Part shown: positions 26,340 to 36,961 of the stretch, in pieces
How positions within the stretch are numbered: position 1 is the first letter of the stretch
Layout of the letters: the number at the start of each line of letters is the position of its first letter
Assembly: GCA_903897475.1 (NCBI GenBank)
Contig: CAIUBS010000091.1
Coordinates: 1 to 39,623, forward strand
Length of the DNA stretch: 39,623 nt
From: an uncultured Actinomycetes bacterium
GTDB taxonomy: Bacteria; Actinomycetota; Actinomycetes; Nanopelagicales; Nanopelagicaceae
Direction of reading: 5' to 3'
The notes under the pieces: generated by a model
What the model was told of the DNA's origin: nothing
Seen by the model: only the letters and a program-made list of their open reading frames with translations
The model's database searches: none
Position numbers and translations under genes: made by a program

Positions 26340-27685
26340 TTAATTTAATTCTCGCCAGGGTAAGTAAAATTTCAATACGAACAAGCTTGTTGATTTTGTT
26401 CCTAGTTTTTATGCTAATTCTTAATCTTTTTGCTCCTGAAAGAAGTGAGCAAATTAAAGTTACTTCAAGTTATCCAGCAACAGTCTGTCCGGCAATAGGT
26501 AATCAGATTTCTTCCATTGCCGGCGTTACTAACCCAAAAATCGGTCGCAGATCGATTGATGGGAGTAGTAAAAAATTAGTTAAGGGTAGAACCACCCAAA
26601 TTCCATTATCTAAGAACCCTATTTTGGTCGAAGGAAATGCTGGAACAGCTATCACATTTGCTAATAGCAAATGGAAGGCGGTAGTGCCTTGTTCAGTAAG
26701 TAATGGCCAACAGTGGTTTGCTGGCGGATCTGGTGCTTTAACAAGTAAGTCAATACTCCATATTGTTAATAGTGGATTCTCCGATTCAAATGTTGAAGTT
26801 GAAGTTTTTACCCCAACTGGAGTAATTGAACCCAGCTCATTCACAATTTCTCAAAACTCTACCAAGAAGATATCAATTGACACCTTAGCTCCAGGTGAAG
26901 AAGAAATTGTAATTGCAGTCACTACTAAATCTGGAAGGGTGAGCTCATTTTTATTTGATGAGCGAAAAAGGGGACTTAGGTCATTAGGTGCAGATTTTGT
27001 TGCACCAACTGCTCAAGCTCAAAAGCAAGTAAGAATTGCATCCGTTCCAGGTTTAGTTGGCAGATTTAACAATAATGATAATTCAATTTCCCATAATTTA
27101 AGACTCTTTGTTCCAGGGAAAATCGATGCAAACACTGAGGTAACAATTAATTCTAATGATGGAAATTTTGTTCCAGATGGACTATCTGAAGTTAAAGTTG
27201 ATTCGCAAAGGGTTTTGAGTATTGCTTTATCATCTGCACCGGTTAATCAACCATTCTCAGTCGTCATTAATTCAGATCAACCAGTAATTGCTAGCGTTCT
27301 AACCAGTTTCACAATAGGCCGATCCAGCGAAATTGTATGGTCTACTAGTTCTGATAATTTAAGTTCTTGGAGTGCAAATTTAACCGGTTCACGACCGATT
27401 TTAACTTTTGTTGGAGATAAAATTAATGCACTAATTAAGGCAAATACTGTGAACGGTAAAAAGATTGAAAAGAGAATCTCAGGAAGTGATTTTGCATCGT
27501 GGCAATCAACTGTTGGTCTTAATCGGGTGCAGGTAACAGCCTTAGGCAAGGGCATAAGCGGTGGGGTAATTTTATTACCGTTAGAAGCAAACATCGGAAT
27601 TAGTTCAATTCCTATGAATAATGGTGCAAATTTAGAAACTGCTTCTGAGCCAATTTCGGATGCTTCAGTAATCACACGGCGCTAA
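26336..27685 (+). CDS. DUF5719-like secreted/membrane-anchored protein
   Basis: N-terminal TM, ATVCP, C......QWFAGG, L.IVN motif, SDQPV; ATGA overlap with GT2. Confidence 0.75.
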   Translation: MINLILARVSKISIRTSLLILFLVFMLILNLFAPERSEQIKVTSSYPATVCPAIGNQISSIAGVTNPKIGRRSIDGSSKKLVKGRTTQIPLSKNPILVEGNAGTAITFANSKWKAVVPCSVSNGQQWFAGGSGALTSKSILHIVNSGFSDSNVEVEVFTPTGVIEPSSFTISQNSTKKISIDTLAPGEEEIVIAVTTKSGRVSSFLFDERKRGLRSLGADFVAPTAQAQKQVRIASVPGLVGRFNNNDNSISHNLRLFVPGKIDANTEVTINSNDGNFVPDGLSEVKVDSQRVLSIALSSAPVNQPFSVVINSDQPVIASVLTSFTIGRSSEIVWSTSSDNLSSWSANLTGSRPILTFVGDKINALIKANTVNGKKIEKRISGSDFASWQSTVGLNRVQVTALGKGISGGVILLPLEANIGISSIPMNNGANLETASEPISDASVITRR

Positions 27686-27724
27686 ATCCCAACTTTTCTA
27701 GCCAACCCCCGATAACCTGTTCAT

Positions 27725-28075
27725 ATGAAAAGAGCTACTGGTCGTAGGTGTTCAAGAGCAAGCTGCACTAATACTGCAATTAAAACTCTGACTTACATCT
27801 ACTCTGACTCAACAGCTGTTTTAGGTCCGCTATCTACATATGCCGAACCTCATAATTATGATCTTTGTGCCATTCATAGCGAACGATTAACTGTTCCAGT
27901 TGGCTGGAATGTCATCAAAGAAGAGTTGGTAGAAAATAATTCTGGACCCACTGAAGAAGATCTAATGGCTATTGCAAATGCTGTACGAGAGGTAGCTAGT
28001 ACGGATTTAGCAAATAAAACTATGCAACCCGAGTTAGGTAGACGCGGACACTTGCGAGTACTTCCATCAAATTAA
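27725..28075 (+). CDS. DUF3499 family Zn-finger-like protein (Rv3258c-like)
   Basis: RRCSRASC..TA..TLTYIYSDSTAVLGPL...EPH.YDLC..H...LTVP.GW, RRGHLRVL. Confidence 0.92.
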   Translation: MKRATGRRCSRASCTNTAIKTLTYIYSDSTAVLGPLSTYAEPHNYDLCAIHSERLTVPVGWNVIKEELVENNSGPTEEDLMAIANAVREVASTDLANKTMQPELGRRGHLRVLPSN

Positions 28076-28105
28076 TTTAATATTATTGTTTAAGTTAAGA
28101 GTTAT

Positions 28106-29458
28106 ATGTTAGATAAGATAATTAAAGCTTACGATATTCGAGGCTTAGTAAAAGATGAAGTAACGCCAGATTTTGCATTCTCAGTTGGAGTAGCTTTTGC
28201 TAAGTTTTTGGAGATAGAAAGAGAACCAGCAACAATTGTTGTTGGCGAAGATATGCGAGCATCCTCTGCTCCATTAGCAAAAGCATTTTGTGATGGAGCT
28301 ACCAGTCAAGGCATGGATGTAATTCGAATCGGATTATCTTCAACAGACATGTTGTATTTTGCCTCTGGAAAGTTGAATTTACCTGGAATTATGTTCACAG
28401 CAAGCCATAACCCGGCAAAATACAATGGAATGAAGTTATGTAAAAGCGGAGCTAGACCAATTGGTAAAGAATCTGGATTGCAAGTTATTCGAGATATCAT
28501 TGAAAAAGGGGCATCCCTGTCCATTAGATCTGTAGGCCATATTAGAGAACAAGATTTACTAAAAGAATATGTTGATTACTTACTTAAACAGTTTCCTAAA
28601 AAAACTTTTTCAAATCGGAAAATCAGAGTTGTAATTGATGCCGGAAATGGAATGGCAGGATTTACGGCACCTGCGGTTATGGCAAAACTAAATGTAGATT
28701 TAATTCCAATGTACTTTGAACTGGATGGTAATTTTCCTAACCATGAAGCAAATCCGATAGAGCCGGAGAATCTCAAAGACCTACAGAAAATGGTTAAAAA
28801 ACAGAGGGCAGATATTGGTTTAGCTTTTGATGGTGATGCTGATAGGTGTTTTTTGATAAATGAGAAGGCAGAACTGGTAAATCCTTCGGCACTTACAGCT
28901 CTAATTTCTGTTCGTGAGTTAAGGAAAAACCCTAAATCAACGATTATTTACAATTTGATTTCCTCTAAAACTGTACCGGAGGTAATAGCTGAAAACAAAG
29001 GTAAGGCTATCCGCAGCAGGGTAGGACATTCTTATATTAAAAATTTAATGGCAGAAACTGGTGCGGTATTTGCTGGAGAGCACTCTGGGCACTTTTACTT
29101 TAAAGATTTCTGGAAAGCTGATTCAGGAATGCTTGCGGCCCTTTACGCTTTAGCTGAGTTAATGAATAGCAAAGGCACTTTGTCAGAATTGCTTAAACCT
29201 TATGAAAGGTATTTTTCGAGCGGTGAAATCAATAGCAAGGTAAAAGATGCCCAAAAATCAATTGAAGGTGTTAAGAAAAAGTACCAAGGCGATTATGAGG
29301 TTGATGAATTAGATGGGTTGACTATCACAGCAAAAGAGTGGTGGTTTAACCTACGACCTTCAAATACCGAGCCATTATTAAGGTTAAATGTCGAGGCTCA
29401 AACTCACAAGCAGATGGTCGAGATAAGGGATGCAGTTTTAGCTCAAATCAAAAGGTGA
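28106..29458 (+). CDS. manB: Phosphomannomutase/phosphoglucomutase
   Basis: KAYDIRG, FTASHNP (phosphoserine), FDGDADR, GEHSGH, RPSNTEPLLRLNVE. Confidence 0.93.
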   Translation: MLDKIIKAYDIRGLVKDEVTPDFAFSVGVAFAKFLEIEREPATIVVGEDMRASSAPLAKAFCDGATSQGMDVIRIGLSSTDMLYFASGKLNLPGIMFTASHNPAKYNGMKLCKSGARPIGKESGLQVIRDIIEKGASLSIRSVGHIREQDLLKEYVDYLLKQFPKKTFSNRKIRVVIDAGNGMAGFTAPAVMAKLNVDLIPMYFELDGNFPNHEANPIEPENLKDLQKMVKKQRADIGLAFDGDADRCFLINEKAELVNPSALTALISVRELRKNPKSTIIYNLISSKTVPEVIAENKGKAIRSRVGHSYIKNLMAETGAVFAGEHSGHFYFKDFWKADSGMLAALYALAELMNSKGTLSELLKPYERYFSSGEINSKVKDAQKSIEGVKKKYQGDYEVDELDGLTITAKEWWFNLRPSNTEPLLRLNVEAQTHKQMVEIRDAVLAQIKR

Positions 29459-29465
29459 AAAATGT

Positions 29466-29506
29466 ATGGTTAGCAGGGTATCTTTATCCCCTTGCAATCA
29501 TTTTTT
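29466..29506 (+). terminator. Candidate intrinsic terminator after manB
   Basis: Imperfect stem ATGGTT-A-GCAGGG ... CCTTGC-AATCAT (with G-U pairs) followed by T6. Confidence 0.4.
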
Positions 29507-29532
29507 GAACTCTAATTATTTTAGGAGAATTA

Positions 29533-30810
29533 ATGAATACTGTTACTGGAATTAAAAATGATGTCGCTAATGCAGCCTTGGCCCCTGAAGGGAAAAAGCG
29601 CATTGAGTGGGCAGCGCGAAATATGCCAGTACTTTCACAAATCAAAGATAGATTTGCAAAAGAAAAACCATTTAATGGAATCAGAATTGCAGCGTGTATG
29701 CATGTAACAACTGAAACTGCGAATTTAATGTTGGCACTAAAAGCAGGTGGAGCAGAGATCGCACTCTGTGCTTCAAATCCATTGTCGACTCAAGATGAGA
29801 CAGCTGCCGCATTAGTGCATGAGTATGGAATCTCTGTTTTTGCTAAAAATGCAATTGACCGTGATGGATTTTATGCACATATAAATGCAGCCTTAGATAT
29901 CAAGCCACAATTAGTTTTTGATGATGGTTGTGATTTAGTAAATGTAATTCATACTTCAAGAACTGAACTAATTGATGGAGTGCTTGCTGGTTGTGAAGAA
30001 ACTACTACAGGAGTAATCAGGTTGAGCCAAATGGCAAAAGATGGCGCATTAAAGTTTCCTATGATTGCTGTCAATGATACAGATACCAAGCATATGTTTG
30101 ATAATAGGTATGGCACGGGCCAATCAACCTTTGACGCAATTTTCCGAGCAACTAATACTTTAGTTGCAGGTAAAGTCGTTGTAGTCGCAGGATTTGGTTA
30201 CTGCGGAAAAGGAGTTGCTGAAAGAGCAAAAGGTTTAGGAGCCGAGGTTATTGTCACTGAAATTGATCCAACAAAGGCATTAGATGCATTAATGCAAGGT
30301 TTTAGAGTTATGCCAATGACAAAAGCGGCGGCTATCGGTGACATATTTATAACGGTTACTGGAAATCGTGATGTATTGCGCGATGAACACTTTAAACAAA
30401 TGAAAGATGGGTCAATTTTGGCCAACTCTGGACATTTCGATATTGAAATAGATGTTGCTTGGCTTGAAAAGAATGCAAAACAAAAAAATGTGAAAATGCG
30501 CCATCAAACAGATGAATATGTAATGCCAGATAATCGCCGTATTTTGCTAATTGCAGAGGGTAGATTGGCAAACCTAGGGGCTGCAGAGGGGCATCCAGCT
30601 TCTGTAATGGATATGTCATTTTCGGATCAAGCGCTAACAGCTGAATGGCTACTTAAGTCAGGAAAAGATTTGCCAGCTGGGTTACATGATGTTCCGTCAT
30701 CAATTGATAAAGATGTAGCGAGATTAAAGTTAGAGAGCATGGGCTCCTCACTTGATGTATTGACTCCAGCACAAGAGCTTTACTTAAACTCTTGGGAACA
30801 CGGTTCATAA
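29533..30810 (+). CDS. ahcY: Adenosylhomocysteinase (short, insertion-less type)
   Basis: ACMHVT.ETA, ASNPLSTQD, DDGCD, EETTTG, KHMFDNRYGTGQS, GFGYCGKG, NSGHFD, GHPASVMDMSF; SD AGGAG. Confidence 0.96.
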   Translation: MNTVTGIKNDVANAALAPEGKKRIEWAARNMPVLSQIKDRFAKEKPFNGIRIAACMHVTTETANLMLALKAGGAEIALCASNPLSTQDETAAALVHEYGISVFAKNAIDRDGFYAHINAALDIKPQLVFDDGCDLVNVIHTSRTELIDGVLAGCEETTTGVIRLSQMAKDGALKFPMIAVNDTDTKHMFDNRYGTGQSTFDAIFRATNTLVAGKVVVVAGFGYCGKGVAERAKGLGAEVIVTEIDPTKALDALMQGFRVMPMTKAAAIGDIFITVTGNRDVLRDEHFKQMKDGSILANSGHFDIEIDVAWLEKNAKQKNVKMRHQTDEYVMPDNRRILLIAEGRLANLGAAEGHPASVMDMSFSDQALTAEWLLKSGKDLPAGLHDVPSSIDKDVARLKLESMGSSLDVLTPAQELYLNSWEHGS

Positions 30811-31485
30811 ATGCCATTAGTCATGGTCGTTGATGACGACCAAGACCTAGCCGAGATGCTTAGCATTGTTTTGACTGGTGCTGGTATGGAGGTTGACCTT
30901 GTAAACAGAGGCGACCAAGTAATTGATATTTTTAATCAACACACGCCAGATTTAGTACTTCTAGATGTAATGTTACCTGGAATCGATGGTGTTCAAGTTT
31001 GTAAAATCATAAGAGAAACATCAATGGTGCCGATCGTGATGTTAACCGCCAAAGGTGATACTCAAGACGTAGTTCTTGGACTTGAAGCCGGTGCCGATGA
31101 TTACATGGTTAAGCCATTTAAACCTCAAGAGTTAGTGGCCAGAATAAATACTAGATTAAGAAGAGTTACCAGGGTAGGTTCATTAGTCATCGGAGATTTG
31201 ATAATAGATCAAATGGAGCATAAAGTTTTGAGTAATAAAAAAGAAATTCCTCTAACAAGACTTGAATTTGATCTACTGGTAGCCCTAGCCAAAGAACCAG
31301 GAAGAGTTTTTACGCGAGAAGCTTTACTAAGTGAAGTTTGGGGTTACCAGCACGCAGCTGATACGAGATTAGTTAATGTACACGTTCAAAGACTTAGATC
31401 TAAAATTGAAGCAGACGCTGATAATCCTAAATATGTTTTAACAGTAAGAGGTGTTGGCTACAAAGCTGGAGTTGGAAAAAACTAA
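30811..31485 (+). CDS. mtrA: OmpR-family response regulator MtrA
   Basis: VVDDD..LAEML.IVL, LLDVMLPG, GADDY..KPF, LTRLEFDLL, DTRLVNVHVQRLRSKIE, TVRGVGYKAG. Confidence 0.93.
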   Translation: MPLVMVVDDDQDLAEMLSIVLTGAGMEVDLVNRGDQVIDIFNQHTPDLVLLDVMLPGIDGVQVCKIIRETSMVPIVMLTAKGDTQDVVLGLEAGADDYMVKPFKPQELVARINTRLRRVTRVGSLVIGDLIIDQMEHKVLSNKKEIPLTRLEFDLLVALAKEPGRVFTREALLSEVWGYQHAADTRLVNVHVQRLRSKIEADADNPKYVLTVRGVGYKAGVGKN

Positions 31486-31486
31486 A

Positions 31487-33031
31487 GTGTTGAGTAGTTG
31501 GGTTAAGATAAAACAATCACTTAGCCTGAAAGTTTTATTTGCGAATACATTTTTTGCGTTTGTAATCGTTTCAGTTGTTGGAATAGTTGTTCACAATCAA
31601 GTTTCATCTACTTTTATCAATGAAAAAATTGCTATTTCAAAAGTCGAAACTAAAAATGCACTTTATCTAGCACAAGGTCACTTTAATATTGCAAGATTTC
31701 AGGATGATGCTGGTCTTAATAAAGTCGTACAGGACTTCATAACATCTAGCAGAGAGGATGGATCACTATCTGGACGAGAAACAGTAATTCTTCCAGTATC
31801 TACGAGAAACAACAATAATATTTATAAAACTGTTCCAACGCTTTTAGTGCTTGACTCAATCCCAGAAGATTTTCGCAAGAAAGTACGTGAAAGTGAAGAA
31901 GTGCTAGAGAAACGTATAACGATACGTTACTCAGATGGAAAAGAATTTCCTGGTTTTTTAATTGGTGGAAAGCTTAATATTCCAAGAACTGGTGTTTATG
32001 AAATATATTATTTATTTAAATTAAATGCACAGTACAAAAGTATTTCCTACATAACATGGATTTTATTTATTACCGGATTGCTAATTGTTATTCTTATCGG
32101 CTTGAGTACCCAGTTTGTCATTAAGCAAGTAGTTTCACCAGTAAAAGAGGCGGCAGCAGTTGCTGAGAAATTTACTAATGGTGATTTAACGAGCCGTATG
32201 GCGGTATCTAGCCAGGACGAACTAGCTAGCTTAGGTAATTCGTTTAATGAAATGGCGGTATCAATTCAGCAGCAGATTTATAGATTAGAGAACCTATCTA
32301 GGCTGCAACAAAGGTTCGTCTCAGATGTATCTCATGAACTAAGAACGCCACTAACAACGATTAGAATGGCTGCAGAGGTTATTTATCAACAAAAAAGTGG
32401 TTTTGACCCAAGTGTTTCAAGAAGTAGCGAATTATTGATTAATCAGATTGATAGGTTTGAGTTGCTCCTTTCTGATTTGCTTGAGGTAAGTAGATTTGAT
32501 GCCGAAGCCGCCACTCTTAATATTGAGAAATTTGATATTTGTAATTTAGTTAGGAAAACAGTTGATTATCTGCATCCAAGCAAGTCTCAAATTTTTGAAG
32601 TTAGTATCGAGAGAGATCCCATTTTTATTGAGGCTGATCCACGCCGAATTGAAAGAATTTTACGTAACTTAATTACTAATGCGTTTGATCATAGTGAAGG
32701 CAAGAGCGTCCAAGTCAAAGTTACTGAGAGTGAAAATGAAGTAGCGATAGGTGTGAGAGATTACGGGTTAGGATTTAGTCAAGAAGAAAGTACTCACTTA
32801 TTTGACAGATTTTGGCGGGCAGATCCATCTAGAGCTCGAACAAGTGGTGGAACAGGTTTAGGACTTTCAATTGCTCTAGAGGATGCAAAGCTTCACCAAG
32901 GCCAGCTACTTGCATGGGGTCAAAAAAATAATGGCGCACACTTCGTATTAACTTTACCAAAGCTACATGGTACTTCAATTCAAACTTTTCCAATTGACTT
33001 AGTTCCAAAGGACTCGATTTCAACAACCTAA
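31487..33031 (+). CDS. mtrB: Sensor histidine kinase MtrB
   Basis: Two TMs, HAMP, LSRLQQRFVSDVSHELRTPLTT, LLEVSRFD, RFWRADPSRAR..GGTGLGL; likely GTG start at 31487. Confidence 0.92.
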   Translation: MLSSWVKIKQSLSLKVLFANTFFAFVIVSVVGIVVHNQVSSTFINEKIAISKVETKNALYLAQGHFNIARFQDDAGLNKVVQDFITSSREDGSLSGRETVILPVSTRNNNNIYKTVPTLLVLDSIPEDFRKKVRESEEVLEKRITIRYSDGKEFPGFLIGGKLNIPRTGVYEIYYLFKLNAQYKSISYITWILFITGLLIVILIGLSTQFVIKQVVSPVKEAAAVAEKFTNGDLTSRMAVSSQDELASLGNSFNEMAVSIQQQIYRLENLSRLQQRFVSDVSHELRTPLTTIRMAAEVIYQQKSGFDPSVSRSSELLINQIDRFELLLSDLLEVSRFDAEAATLNIEKFDICNLVRKTVDYLHPSKSQIFEVSIERDPIFIEADPRRIERILRNLITNAFDHSEGKSVQVKVTESENEVAIGVRDYGLGFSQEESTHLFDRFWRADPSRARTSGGTGLGLSIALEDAKLHQGQLLAWGQKNNGAHFVLTLPKLHGTSIQTFPIDLVPKDSISTT

Positions 33032-33065
33032 CTCTAATAAGATTTGAATATGATATAAAACCAAG

Positions 33066-33737
33066 GTGAGAGAAATCTTTATTGGTTTAAAAGAATTAGT
33101 TTTTCCAAAAATTTGTTTTTTGTGTTTGAAAAGTGGCTTCGAAATATGTCCAGATTGTCAACTGCCCTGGGTGGGAGTACCAAATGAAATAAATTTCAAG
33201 AACTTGAGATTATTTTATATGAGAAACTATGATAAAGAATCTTCAAAAGTAATTTTATTAGCAAAAGAAGGGTCGAATAAGAAAGCAATCCAACTGATAT
33301 CTCTTTCACTATTCACTTTAATACAGTCTCTCACTTATGAATTGAATCTATATAATCCAATTAACATCGTTACTATTCCATCATCTGGCAGATCTATCAT
33401 GAAGCGCGGAAGAAACTATATTGATGAAGTATGTATAGAGGTTATTAAGTTATTAAGGTCAAGTTCGATTCATGCCTTCAATACCCCTGTGCTTAATCAT
33501 GTGAGAAAAGTTAAAGATCAATCAAATTTGAACAAGATTCAGAGATTTAATAACTTAGAGAATGCTTATAGTCTTAAAGACCAATCATTAGTTGGTGGCA
33601 CTTGTATTTTGATGGATGATCTGATCACCACGGGCAGTTCTATATCTGAGGCCATTAGAGCCTTATCTGAAGCCAAAATCACCATTTTGGGGGTTGTGAC
33701 GGCGTGTGCAGTCGAGCGGAATTCTCTAATACGATAA
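33066..33737 (+). CDS. ComF family phosphoribosyltransferase-like protein
   Basis: CxxC...CxxC zinc ribbon, RGRN, DQ..L....R..N, ILMDDLITTGSS PRPP loop; divergent sequence. Confidence 0.85.
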   Translation: MREIFIGLKELVFPKICFLCLKSGFEICPDCQLPWVGVPNEINFKNLRLFYMRNYDKESSKVILLAKEGSNKKAIQLISLSLFTLIQSLTYELNLYNPINIVTIPSSGRSIMKRGRNYIDEVCIEVIKLLRSSSIHAFNTPVLNHVRKVKDQSNLNKIQRFNNLENAYSLKDQSLVGGTCILMDDLITTGSSISEAIRALSEAKITILGVVTACAVERNSLIR

Positions 33738-33785
33738 GCCACTTAGCATTCAACCGAATCACCAGTAGAGACAGCGGAGGATTTT

Positions 33786-36446
33786 GTGGGTTTATTAGAC
33801 AAACTCTTACGTGCCGGTGAGGGCAGGGCTGTCAGAGAACTTGAGAAAATTGCGCAACAAGTTAACAAATTTGAGAATTCAATTTCATCTCTTGATGATT
33901 CTGCTTTACGTGGCAAAACTGAAGAATTTAGAGAAAGACTAAATAAAGGTGAAAGTTTAGATTCATTACTACCAGAGGCCTTTGCTGTAGTACGTGAAGC
34001 TGCCAAAAGAACTTTAGGCCAAAGACATTACGATGTTCAATTAATGGGTGGTGCGGCATTACATAAAGGCAATATTGCTGAAATGAAAACAGGTGAAGGA
34101 AAAACTTTAGTTTCAACTTTGCCAGCTTACTTAAATGCTTTAACTGGTAAAGGTGTGCACGTGGTAACAGTTAATGATTACTTGGCAGAGCGTGATAGTG
34201 AGTGGATGGGTCGAGTTCATAGATTTTTAGGATTAAAAGTTGGTGTGATTCTTTCTAGCATGTCATCTACAGAGCGACGTGAGGCTTATGCTGCAGATAT
34301 TACTTACGGAACTAACAATGAGTTTGGATTTGATTATTTAAGAGACAACATGGCATGGACACTTTCAGATTGTGTTCAACGCGAACATAACTTTGCAATC
34401 GTCGATGAAGTTGATTCGATATTAATTGATGAGGCTAGAACACCGTTAATTATTTCTGGGCCTGCCGATAAAGCAACCAAATGGTATGTTGAATTTGCTA
34501 ATTTAGTTGCAAGATTAAGTAAAGATCTTCATTATGAAGTTGATAACAAGAAGCGAACAGTTGGAATTCTAGAAGAAGGTGTCACTAGAGTAGAAGAAGC
34601 TTTAAAGATCGATAATTTATATGAAGCAGCAAATACTCCGATGATTGGCTACTTAAATAATGCGATTAAAGCCAAGGAATTATTTAAGCGTGATAAAGAT
34701 TATGTGGTCATGAATGGTGAGCTTTTGATTGTTGATGAACATACCGGCCGCATGTTGGCAGGTCGCAGATATAGTGAAGGATTACACCAAGCGCTAGAAG
34801 CGAAGGAGAAAATTGAGATTCAGGATGAAAATCAAACCTTAGCAACTATTACGCTTCAAAATTACTTCAGGCTTTATAAGAAATTAAGTGGAATGACTGG
34901 AACAGCAATGACTGAAGCATCTGAATTTATGCAGATTTATAAGCTAGGCGTAATACCTATTCCAACCAATAAGAGTATGCAGAGAATTGACCAACCAGAT
35001 TTAATTTATAAATCGGAGGTCGGAAAATTTACGGCTGTTGCTGAAGATATTTCTAATAGACATAAAAAGGGACAACCCGTTCTTGTTGGAACAGTGAGCG
35101 TAGAAAAATCAGAAGAGTTGTCTGGAATGTTAAAGCGAAAAGGTATTCCACATGAAGTTTTAAATGCAAAGCAACATGAGCGTGAGGCTGCAATAATTGC
35201 TCGGGCGGGAACTGTAGGTGCAGTAACAGTCGCAACTAATATGGCTGGTAGAGGAACCGACATCATGCTTGGTGGCAATCCAGAATTCATGGCCGATTTT
35301 GAATTACAAGCAAAAGGTTTTAATCCTGTAGATACCCCAGAAGAGTATGAAAAAGCTTGGCCAGCTGAAATTGCTCGCCAAAAGTCAGCAGTTGAAGCAG
35401 AGCACGAAAAAGTTGTCTCTTTAGGTGGTTTATATGTTTTAGGTACTGAACGTCATGAATCGCGAAGAATTGATAATCAGCTTCGAGGTCGATCTGGTCG
35501 CCAAGGAGATCCAGGAGAATCTAGATTTTATCTTTCACTTCAAGATGAATTAATGAAAAGATTTAATTCTGGATTAGTAGAACGCTTTTTAGGAGCGGCT
35601 GGAATGCCTGAAGAGACGCCACTGGAATCTAAAATAGTTAGTAACGCAATTAAATCTGCTCAGACCCAGGTCGAATCTTTAAACTTTGAAATGAGAAAGA
35701 ATGTTTTAAAGTACGACGATGTAATGAATAAACAAAGAAGCGTGGTTTATTCAGAACGCCGTGAAGTTCTAGAAGGCGCCGATATTAAAGACCTTACAAA
35801 TGATTTCCTTAAAGAGACTATTACCGCTTACGTAAACTCAGCCACTAATAGTGGCGTAGCTGAGAATTGGGATTTAGATACTCTTTGGAAAGCCCTAAAA
35901 TCCTTATACCCTATTTCTTTAACAGTAGAAGATTTGATAAGTGAAGTTGGTGAAGTTGGTGCCTTAGATGCAGAATTTATTTTAGATCGAGTACTTACAG
36001 ATGCAAATAATGCTTATAACAAGCGCGAAAATGAGTTAACTCCTGCGGTAATGCGCGAGCTTGAGCGGAAAATTTTACTCTCAGTACTAGATAGAAAATG
36101 GCGTGAGCATCTATATGAGATGGATTATTTACAAGACGGAATTGGACTTAGGGCAATGGCTCAGCGCGATCCATTGGTTGAATACCAACGAGAAGGTTAT
36201 GACCTATTTTCAGCGATGATGGATGCTGTGAAAGAAGAGTTGGTTGGATACTTGTTTAGCGCTGAAGTGCAGGTTGAAGGCGATCAAGTAGGAGCTAAAG
36301 GATTAACTCCAGCTCCGGCGCCGATAAATCAACTTCAATATTCTGCCGCTGAGATTGAAACAACTACAAGTAGTGGTACTTCAAAAAATGCACCATGCCC
36401 ATGTGGATCTGGTAAAAAATATAAAAGATGTCACGGTGAATCTTAA
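33786..36446 (+). CDS. secA: Preprotein translocase ATPase SecA
   Basis: [48 protein letters not shown]-terminal [14 protein letters not shown]; SD GGAGGA. Confidence 0.98.
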   Translation: MGLLDKLLRAGEGRAVRELEKIAQQVNKFENSISSLDDSALRGKTEEFRERLNKGESLDSLLPEAFAVVREAAKRTLGQRHYDVQLMGGAALHKGNIAEMKTGEGKTLVSTLPAYLNALTGKGVHVVTVNDYLAERDSEWMGRVHRFLGLKVGVILSSMSSTERREAYAADITYGTNNEFGFDYLRDNMAWTLSDCVQREHNFAIVDEVDSILIDEARTPLIISGPADKATKWYVEFANLVARLSKDLHYEVDNKKRTVGILEEGVTRVEEALKIDNLYEAANTPMIGYLNNAIKAKELFKRDKDYVVMNGELLIVDEHTGRMLAGRRYSEGLHQALEAKEKIEIQDENQTLATITLQNYFRLYKKLSGMTGTAMTEASEFMQIYKLGVIPIPTNKSMQRIDQPDLIYKSEVGKFTAVAEDISNRHKKGQPVLVGTVSVEKSEELSGMLKRKGIPHEVLNAKQHEREAAIIARAGTVGAVTVATNMAGRGTDIMLGGNPEFMADFELQAKGFNPVDTPEEYEKAWPAEIARQKSAVEAEHEKVVSLGGLYVLGTERHESRRIDNQLRGRSGRQGDPGESRFYLSLQDELMKRFNSGLVERFLGAAGMPEETPLESKIVSNAIKSAQTQVESLNFEMRKNVLKYDDVMNKQRSVVYSERREVLEGADIKDLTNDFLKETITAYVNSATNSGVAENWDLDTLWKALKSLYPISLTVEDLISEVGEVGALDAEFILDRVLTDANNAYNKRENELTPAVMRELERKILLSVLDRKWREHLYEMDYLQDGIGLRAMAQRDPLVEYQREGYDLFSAMMDAVKEELVGYLFSAEVQVEGDQVGAKGLTPAPAPINQLQYSAAEIETTTSSGTSKNAPCPCGSGKKYKRCHGES

Positions 36447-36877
36447 ATAAGTTGTAATTCGGTACAAATCCATCTTTTATCGACCCCTTCAAATCTTAAG
36501 ATTAGTGATCTAACTCGATTTCCAATAAGCAATGTCACAGTTATTTCAGAGACTCCTTCAATTGGTTGGCTAATATAAATCCTTCTAATTTTGCAAGATT
36601 CTTGAATTTTGTTTGCATAGTAATTAACTCGGCGGCTAACTAATCGATGACTATTCCCAGATATTTGAATTACAGATCTTTTGCCTGCCCAAATTTCAAT
36701 TACGGTGACTATAAAACTTCTACTCCAAGTGCTTATGTTTGGAAGTTGAGATAATGGAGTTGGTAGAGCTGAGAACTTAGGATGAGACCATTCTTGTCCA
36801 AAGTCTCTATCTAAACTGGGAACTAAATAAAGCTTTCTAGATTCATTTTTAACTGAATTTGAAGCACCGAACGACAT
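36443..36877 (-). CDS. Rv3235/DUF6459-like protein
   Basis: [14 protein letters not shown]..., R.R...LRFE....RW.CTEL; conserved position convergent to secA. Confidence 0.8.
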   Translation of the reverse strand: MSFGASNSVKNESRKLYLVPSLDRDFGQEWSHPKFSALPTPLSQLPNISTWSRSFIVTVIEIWAGKRSVIQISGNSHRLVSRRVNYYANKIQESCKIRRIYISQPIEGVSEITVTLLIGNRVRSLILRFEGVDKRWICTELQLI

Positions 36878-36961
36878 ATATTGATTCTGACATTAAAGGA
36901 AATTAAAAATATCATCCGAAAGTATGAATAATTTTGACTTTAGCTGACTAAGAATTTGACT

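Noticed and set aside
29459-29532. SAH or SAM riboswitch upstream of ahcY
   Set aside because: Region is short and AT-rich and lacks the conserved riboswitch core sequences I would expect; an Rfam scan is needed to be definitive
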